NCBI RefSeq assembly: GCF_006345805.1 | Contig: NW_021835190.1 | Span: 1 to 45,072, forward strand | From: Octopus sinensis | Taxonomy: Eukaryota | Length of the DNA stretch: 45,072 nt | Reading direction: 5' to 3' | Shown here: piece by piece, positions 36,986-45,072 of the stretch | How positions within the stretch are numbered: position 1 is the first letter of the stretch | Layout: the number at the start of each line of letters is the position of its first letter | Translations under genes and position numbers: made by a program | Notes under the pieces: model-generated | Databases searched by the model: none | What the model was told of the DNA's origin: nothing | Seen by the model: only the letters and a program-made list of their open reading frames with translations

Positions 36986-37433
36986 ATTGAAACACCACCT
37001 GTTTTTTGAGGGTTCACGATAGTTCTGTTCCTTCCTTCTCTTGGGTTTTCTCGCCAAATAAAACATGGGAATAGGCACCACCATTCCCAATTGGCTACAC
37101 ATTAACAAGTATCAGAGAAAGAGAGAGTGTGTGTCCGCTTCTCATTTCAAGGTATAAATATTCACCGATCCATCAATCCATCCCTCCATCCATCTTTACA
37201 TACATACATACATACATACATGGTGATTGCACGTTCTTCACCGATAATTGCTGTCTTTCTCTGAATATTTTCGACATTTCAGGACCTCTCAAATGACTAT
37301 TCAGTTCCGCTTCATGGTTTGAAGCAGTTGAAACTGCCACTAGATTCATTGGATCACTTTGTAAAATATGAACCGCGTAAGCATACATACATACATAAAT
37401 ACATACATGCATAAATGCATGCATATATTCATG

Positions 37434-37465
<32 letters not shown>

Positions 37466-38067
37466 CCTACATACATACATACATAAATACATACAAGGAT
37501 CCATTAATGTTTGGAAGTATACATATATACATAGATACAATTAACAATGAATCCTCAAGGTTTCATCAACTAACCATCAAAATTCCAAGAACGCATAAAT
37601 GCATATTATAATTATCTGAGAAACAGAGATTACAATTTCTGCAGACAAGCTAATCGTATACCTATTAATATTATTTTCTTTTAGACTCCAGATATATTTT
37701 GATAGGGAAGTAGTTATTCATTTTTCTAAATATCTGAAAATATTCCTTTGGTGATAGCATTCCTTTTTGAAAAGATTTCAACAAGTTTATTCCAGCTTCT
37801 TGTTTATACTGTCTACAGCAAATGACAATTTAGTAGAATAAAATAATGCTTTACAACGACACATTTACCGATGAGAAGACATCCATTATAATTATTCTAA
37901 TTATTGCAATTTTATATAGGGAACCGTATTTAATATTGCCCACATCCAACTACAATATTTTTTTTTTTTGTTTTTGGTTGGTGCATTATTATTGCGGCTT
38001 TATTTCAACAAATTTTATTCAACAAAAGCAATAACAAAATGTAACAAAAGCATCTTTAAATGATTCG

Positions 38068-38405
38068 GAGACCCCCTTCGGTCACGACACAGACCATGGG
38101 ATTGCACCTAGAAAGTTACCCTCCTAGACACAAGTCCGGGCGAGGTTGTTTATGGAAGACCAGTAGTCGCCCATGCATACCAGCCTCTTCTCTCCACGCC
38201 ACCAGTGTTATCCAAGGGAAAGACAAAGGTCGATACAGCTTGGCACCAGTGACGTCGCAACTCATTTCTACAGCTGAGTGAACTGGAGCAACGTGAAATA
38301 AAGTGCCTTGCTCAAGAACACAACACGCAGCCCGGTCCGGGATTCGAGCTCACAACCTCACGATCGTAAGCACGACGCTCTAACCACTAAGCCATGCGCC
38401 TTCAC
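38068..38405 (-). mobile_element. tRNA-derived SINE with CORE-like central domain (family D)
   Basis: Minus strand: GGCGCATGGCTTAGTGGTTAGAGCG...GCTCGAATCCC...TCTTGAGCAAGGCACTTTA...CAGCTGTAGAAATGAG. Partial copies at 41510-41630 and about 17075-17160. Confidence 0.85.
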
Positions 38406-38592
38406 TTAAATGATTATTCCGGAGCATATTCACCATCTACTTCAATCTCTGCTTCCCATTTGCTTGGCAGATGGTCAGACCGTCATTTAAAGATGTTTTT
38501 GTTAAATATTGTCATTGTTTTTCTTGAATAAATTATGTTGAAAAAAAAAAGCTGCTATAATCATTCTGACGTCTGCGATTTTTCGGTTCTCT

Positions 38593-38775
38593 TTGCATAA
38601 ACCACATACAACAAAGTGGAAAATAGTCGAAAAACCACACCATATGTTTAATGGATCAAAAAAATGTAAGCTATGCGCATCTGAAAGAACTCGAATCCTA
38701 TTCAGATCGAACTCTAACTCACTGCCGAATTCTAGATCCGAAATTTTCAACTGTCTCCAAACACGGCCAGGCTGA
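38593..38775 (+). pseudogene. Remnant of a second PLE GIY-YIG endonuclease C-terminus
   Basis: KWKIVEKPHHMFNGSKKCKLCASERTRILFRSNSNSLPNSRSEIFNC aligns by eye to QWKILARCKPYTNGSGRCGLCDMERWLIWKSSLDPTTCLNTRTELFGSC of the 15791 ORF. Confidence 0.7.
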
Positions 38776-38824
38776 AATAATTAATGCTTTCTTCCAGGAA
38801 TGAATAAAACATTTTCAGACTTGA

Positions 38825-38907
38825 GATGGGCCCCCAAGTATAGATTCTAATGGCGCAGGGGCCCACTTGCCGTCGGGCACGCTGGCAACCTGGTCAGTCC
38901 GCCACTG
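38825..38907 (-). mobile_element. Possible hAT-like MITE terminus
   Basis: Minus strand begins CAGTGGCGGACTGACC; GC-rich; other end not found. Confidence 0.35.
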
Positions 38908-39093
38908 CACATACACACGTACATACATAAATAGATACGTAGATATATATGTATGTATGTATAGGCATTTATAATAAACTACGATGATGATTAAGAAAGA
39001 GTCTTTTGTTTTTAGATTAGAGATTGGCTCTCTTCGACGAATAAAACACACAGCCAGGAAAACATGCAAGCATATGTACGTATGTGCACACTT

Positions 39094-39128
<35 letters not shown>

Positions 39129-39293
39129 GGTATGTCAATGTACGTATGTATACGTACATACATACATACATACATACACACAGATAGACATACAGACAGA
39201 CAGAGAAGTATACCAACGCTAAGCCTTTGTTGAGAGCATCAACAATTGAAAGCCAGGAGATGGATGTAAATGCCAACAAATGTCGTTTTTATT

Positions 39294-39355
<62 letters not shown>

Positions 39356-39819
39356 TACTGCTGCTGCTGCTGCCACTGTTTTGTTTTTAAATCAGTTTAA
39401 AACATTACCCTTGCCTTTTGCGCCAACGACCCAGCCAATCAACGAGCCCACCACGCCATCAATTAATGATCCATCACATACTTTGTATTGGCTCATTACG
39501 TTCACAATGGTATATAGTTTATTGATATTCTCTCGTCTGTCTGTGTGTCTGTTTCTCTCTACCCTCCGTTCCCTTCTCATTCGTCCATTCTTTCGCTATT
39601 TCTTTCAATATTTTTTTCATTCTTTCTCGTTTATTGTTTTTGCAAACTAATTTTTTCAATTCATTCCTTTTTTTCTTTTTTTTCAATTCATTCTTTTTTT
39701 TCTTTTTTTTCTTTTTCATTTTCTTTTTTCCCTTTTCTCTTTCTGTCTTTCATTTTTTCCTTCTTTTTTTGTTGTTGAATATGTTCTTTCGATCATACAG
39801 TATTTCTTTTCCCCATTAA

Positions 39820-40565
39820 GGCGGCGAGCTGGCAGAATCGTCAGCACGCCGAGCAAAATGCTTAGCGGCATTTCGTCTGCCCTTAACGTTCTGAGTTCAA
39901 ATTCCGCCGAGGTCGACTTTGCCTTTCATCCTTTCGGTGTCGATTAAATAAATACAAGTTACGCACTGGAGTCGATATAATCGACTTAATCCGTTTGTCT
40001 GTCCTTGTTCGTCCCTTCTGTGTTTAGCCCCTTATGGGTAGTAAAGAAATGGGCATTTCGCCCGTCTTTACTTTCTATAAGGCGATGAGCTGGCAGAAAC
40101 GTTAGCACGCCGGGCCAAATGCTTAGCGGTATTTCATCTGCCGCTACTTTCTGAGTTCAAATTCCGGCGAGGTCGACTTTGCCTTTCATCCTTTCGGGGT
40201 CGATTAAATAAGTACAGTTACGCACTGGGGTCGATATAATCGGCTTAATCCGTTTGTCTGTCCTTGTTTGTCCTCTGTGTTTAGCCCCTTGTGGATACTA
40301 AAGAAATAAATATTTCTTTTCCCATTAAGGCGGCGAGCTGGCAGAATCGTCAGCACGCCGAGCAAAATGCTTAGCGGCATTTCGTCTGCCCTTAACTTTC
40401 TGAGTTCAAATTCCTCCGAGGCCTACGTTGCCCTTTATCCCTTCGGGGTCGATAAAATATGTACCAGTTAAGTACTAGGGTCGATAGAATAAGTGCCAGT
40501 CGAGTTGATGTAATAGAATTACCCTTCCACAGAAACTGCTGGCCTTGTGCCAAAATTCGAAACTA
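39820..40565 (+). mobile_element. Three tandem family C SINEs
   Basis: Heads at 39820, 40081 and 40329; a further degenerate copy at about 40680-40830. Confidence 0.92.
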
Positions 40566-40925
40566 ATATTTTTCCCCATTGTCAAGGGAAGCTTAGCTTA
40601 ATGGAACAGAGGGCTCAGCCAGTATCTGAGAGATACAGGATTTGCTTCTCTGTAACCGCCAGCTGGCTACTTTTTAAACGCCCAGCAAAATCCTTAGCGA
40701 CATTTCTCCGGTTCTTTACGTTCTGAGTTCAAATTCCGCTGAGGTCGACTTTGCTTTTCATCTTTGTGGGGTTGATAAAATAAATACCAGTGAATCACTG
40801 GGGTCGATGTAATCGACTAGTTTTCTCCCCACCCTCAAATTAGTCACTTTGTGACAAATTTCGAAAGTAACATTTATTTCATTATTTACATTCGACGGAT
40901 ATTTGTCTTTATCTTGTTTGTTGTT

Positions 40926-40979
40926 AACACAACGTTTCGGCTGATATGCGCCCCCCCCCCTCAGCCTTCTTCAGGTGTC
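40926..40979 (-). ncRNA. Minimal type I hammerhead ribozyme
   Basis: GACAC-CUGAAGA-A-GGCUGA[16 nt]UCAGCC-GAAA-C-GUU^GUGUU; AACGUU palindrome in place of stem III. Confidence 0.85.
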
Positions 40980-41629
40980 TTGGGGAGATTTCGAACTTCG
41001 AATGGGGAAATTTCGAATGAGTTCTCATTCCTAAGTTATTTTTCGATTTTTTTCCAACTTTTCTTTCACTCTTTTTCATTTCCTTCATTATTTATTTCTT
41101 CCTCTTTTCTTCTTTACCTTCTTACTTGTTATCCTTTACTTGTTTCAGTCATTGGACTGCGGTCATGCTGGGGCACCAGTGGTTTTCAGTCGGGGTCCAT
41201 ATGATCCGTGGTGACCCGTATAAGATTTTATTGTCAAAGTTCATGAGCAACATATTGGATTGTGAGCCCAGTACCCTAACCACCAAGCGACTCGCCTTCA
41301 TCTACGAGGTATAATGCTATATTTTTCTGGGTGAGAGCCATATGGAAATCATTGTTCACCACGCTTGTAATCACTAATCAGCTATTTGGCTTCTTTCAAA
41401 ATGGTAACATTCGAATGAAGAATTTCTTTGTTATGTAAATTAGGTTTCATACCAAGATTGGACATTTAATGAGCGTTTGCTGTGTCCAATGACTGTGTTA
41501 GGACACCGGACGTGTTAGAAAAACTAGTCGCCCATGCATATCAGCCTCCCCTCTCCACCCTACCGAATGTTATCCAAGGGAAAGGCAAAGGTCGATACAG
41601 CTTGGCACCATTGACGTCGCAGCTCATTT

Positions 41630-41940
41630 ATTAACGTGCAAGTTGCTGAGCACTCCACAGACACGTGTACCCTTAACGTAGTTCTCGGGGAGATTCAGCG
41701 TGACACAGAGTGTGACAAGGCTGGCCCTTTGAAATACAGGTACAACAGAACCAGGAAGAAAGAGTAAGAGAAAGTTGTGGTGAAAGAGTACAGCAGGGTT
41801 AACCACCACCCCCTGCCGGAGCCTCGTGGAGCTTTAGGTGTTTTCGCTCAATAAACACACACAACGCCCGGTCTGGGAATCGAAACCGTGATCCTCCGAC
41901 CGCGAGCCCGCTGCTCTAATCAATGGGCCATTGCGTCTCC
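41630..41940 (-). mobile_element. SINE family B
   Basis: Conserved head and body; unique tail. Confidence 0.88.
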
Positions 41941-41950
41941 ACAAATAAGT

Positions 41951-42254
41951 GCTCCCTTTTAAAGCCTAGCCAGTCTCATGGGCCCGGTTTCCCGGTTTTT
42001 ATGGCGTATGTGTCCCACCCCACCAGCTGGACGGGACGCCAGTCCATCGCAGCGTTATTCAAGAAACAGGAAGAAAGAGTGAGAGATAGTTGGGGCGAAA
42101 GAGTATAACAGGGGTCGCTACCACCCCCTGCCTGAGCCTCGTGGAACTTTAGGGTGTTTTCGCTCAATAAACACACGCAACGCCCGGTCTGGGAATCGAA
42201 ACGCGATCCTCCGACCGCGAGTCCGCTGTCCTAACCACTGGGCCATTGCGCTCC
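41951..42254 (-). mobile_element. SINE family B
   Basis: Conserved head and body; tail contains GATGGACTGGCGTCCCGTCCAG. Confidence 0.88.
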
Positions 42255-42919
42255 ACAATGACAAGTACTGGTAGTAAATATAACATTGGACTAATGTCTA
42301 ATTGATTGTTGCAAATGGTAAGCTAGGTGCTCTTGCTTTTTCTGCTTCTTCTGTTATTCTGTCTGCTATTGTTACATTTAACCAATCGTTGTACGCATTG
42401 ATTAATTCAGACGAACTACTTCAACCGTAAATCAATTCTACTGGCGAGATCCCATCGCTGGCACGCCGCGTATATGGTCTTGCTTTTGGCAGGATAAATC
42501 GCTTTCAAATATCTGTGAATCAATAGACATTCAATAAAGATTTGCTTTTGCAGATGTTCGATTGGATTATCCAAAAGGCAAATGGAAAGTCAACTCTTTT
42601 GTGCTGGATTCTTCGTCATCGCAAACAGAATAGTGGTAAAGATCGGGGAAGGAGAAAATGTTAAGTGGATGATGACAAGAATTCAAGTCCCCCCACAGGG
42701 CTGAATAAAAGTACTATAATATGGGGTTGCCAAATATAAACACGTAAAAGAACGAGGTATTGATCGGGAGAATGAAGGGTCTACATTAAGGCATGCGGGA
42801 AGATAAGGTCCCAAGATAAATATCTTAGTTATATCTTTTATTTCTTTCAGTCACTAGACTTCAGCCATGCTAAGGCATCGCCTTGAAGGGTTTTTAGACT
42901 TTGCCTTTTGTCTTTTCGA

Positions 42920-43090
42920 CTGTGCAAGTCGATTACATCCACCCCAGTGTTTCCCTGGGTCTTCGTTTCTCGACCCCGAAAGGATGAAAGGCAAAATCGA
43001 CCTAGGCAGAATTTGAATTCAGAACATATAGACGAACGAAATGCCGCTAAGCATTTTAACCGGCGTGCTTACCTCTCTGCCTGCTCGCCG
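42920..43090 (-). mobile_element. SINE family C
   Basis: CGACCCCGAAAGGATGAAAGGCAAAATCGAC...GAACTCAGAAC-like...GCCGCTAAGCATTT. Confidence 0.8.
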
Positions 43091-43868
43091 TCTAATTTGA
43101 AGAAATATTAAATTTTGTATCTACTCTTAAAGAAATAACATAAATGGATCAACAGAACAAGGAGCAGAGAAACGATCTGGTTCGGCTCATCCATTGTTCT
43201 AAATGTAGGATCCACTGTGGCAACATTACATGTGTCACAGGCTCTGTGATAAGGAAAATAAAAAAAAATTAGCCATATTTGTGTATGGAACCAAACGCAT
43301 AGAATCCAGACGATTAATAACGATTTAACTGGTATATAACAACACATAGAGGAAAACAGATACAACTACAATGGATGAAGGTCTGAGCTAAAATATAGTA
43401 ATAATTTTAAGATATTCTTTATAAGGCAACTTGCTTGTTGAATTTAGACACGATAAAACTATATCCAAGAAATGGGCAGGACGTTCAAAACAATGTATAA
43501 ACTGCATAAACAATCTCTCCGCAATGACTTTATTGCTATATAGTTGGGAATTAAAATATACGCTACACAATGTTAAATTGTACAAAAAGACATGGAGATA
43601 CCTTGGAAAAAAGCAGGCAGTGAGATCTGGAAAGTTTAACATAACAATAAATGTATTCCTTTGACAAGAGAAATGTGAGCACGTCCTCAAGTGTAAATCA
43701 CAAAGAATTTTAGTTCGAAAAATTTAACAATTATGGACAGGGTAAGTATTTACAATTGATAAAGGTATTCTAGAATGATACGAGCGATATGTAGAGGATA
43801 AAATCCTCGATGTGTGTGTGTGGATATGTGTGTATGTTTGTATGTGTGTGAGCTTGTATGATTGTAGA

Positions 43869-43909
<41 letters not shown>

Positions 43910-44223
43910 GATATATAAATATATATATATGATATATAAATATATATATGATATATTATTATATATATGATATATATATATATATATATACATATATACA
44001 CACACACAGACACACACACACACACATATATATATAAGTTCAGTAAAAATTTAGATTCAGTTGAATATGGTACTTAAGTTAAAGGCACCAGAATTTAGTA
44101 TGGTATTATCCATATAATTCAAAATGGCGTGATTACAATCAAAATAAGCAACAAGGATACCCATATATATATATACAAATATATATATTATATATATATA
44201 TACACATATATATATATATATAC

Positions 44224-44625
44224 TGGCTGTGTGGTAAGTAGCTTGTTTACCAACCACATGGTTCCGGGTTCAGTCCCACAGCATGGCACCAAGTGTCTTC
44301 TACTATAGCCTCGGGCCCGACCAAAGCCTTGTGAGTGGATTTGGTAGACGGAAACTGAAAAAAGCCCGTCGTATATATGTACATATATTATAATATGCGT
44401 GCGTGTGTTGGGTGTGTGTGTGTTGTTCCCCCTAGCATTGCTTGACAACCGATGCTGGTGTGTTTATGTCCCCGTTATTAGCGGTTCGGCAAAAGTGACC
44501 GATAGAAATAAGTATGGGCTTACAAAGGAATAAGTCCCGGGGTCGATTTGCTCGATTAAAAGGCGGTGTGCTCCAGCATGGCCGCAGTCAAATGACTGAA
44601 ACAAGTAAAAGAGTAAAAAGAGAGT
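44224..44625 (+). mobile_element. SINE family A
   Basis: Head, microsatellite spacer and tail as at 4717-5112. Confidence 0.9.
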
Positions 44626-45072
44626 ATATATATATTTAGAGAGAGAGAGAGAGAGACCTCTCTACACATATATTATATATATATATGTAGGGAGACAGAC
44701 AGACAGACAGACAGAAAGAAAGAAAGAAAGAGGCAGTCGAGGAACAGAGAGAGACAGAGAGACGGAGATCTATAGATAGATAGTGATATAACAAAAAGCT
44801 ATAAAAACAAATACACAGACTTATAAAGCAAGTAAATGAAGTAGAGGCCAAGTAACGATTTAGAAATATATGACCTGAGTAAGAAATTTTATGCCCAAAT
44901 CGTGTTGTAAACGCAACAAAAATATATAATTACATCTGCGAAAATGGTGAAAATATAGATGCCTTCAACACCATGTTTCTAACTAAAATATTTATCAATA
45001 TCAGATTCGTACAAATGTTCTAAGCCCCTATATCACCCCCACTCTATCATCTATATTAAAAAAAAGCACACA

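Noticed and set aside
37220-37380. Protein-like stretch HILQSDPMNLVAVSTASNHEAELNSHLRGPEMSKIFRERQQ
   Set aside because: No convincing acceptor, the apparent donor lies in a (TATG)n repeat, and no homology was recognised.
43140-43700. Possible decayed RT (TISP-like) or Cys-rich transposase fragment
   Set aside because: Only 3-4 residue resemblance amid many stops.

Overview
Eukaryotic, very AT-rich, repeat-saturated DNA. The SINE families match those I recognise from octopus (coleoid cephalopod) genomes; this is recognition, not a database search. No intact cellular protein-coding gene, rRNA, true tRNA or CRISPR array is supportable, and nearly all listed ORFs are microsatellite translations. 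Contents: several tRNA-derived SINE families, two LINE 3' remnants, a 5'-truncated Penelope-like element (PLE; RT plus C-terminal GIY-YIG endonuclease) and a second PLE endonuclease remnant, a non-autonomous Helitron, and a TIR MITE family with telomere-like repeats in a chimeric tandem array. The most notable signal is six minimal type I hammerhead ribozyme (HHR) motifs of about five sequence families. Three have a complete core and one pair shows stem II covariation. Several fold-back junctions occur too, one centred on an HHR stem III palindrome. One tRNA-derived SINE head carries five different 3' tails. SINE boundaries are approximate. Irregular microsatellites suggest indel errors, so single frameshifts may be assembly artefacts.
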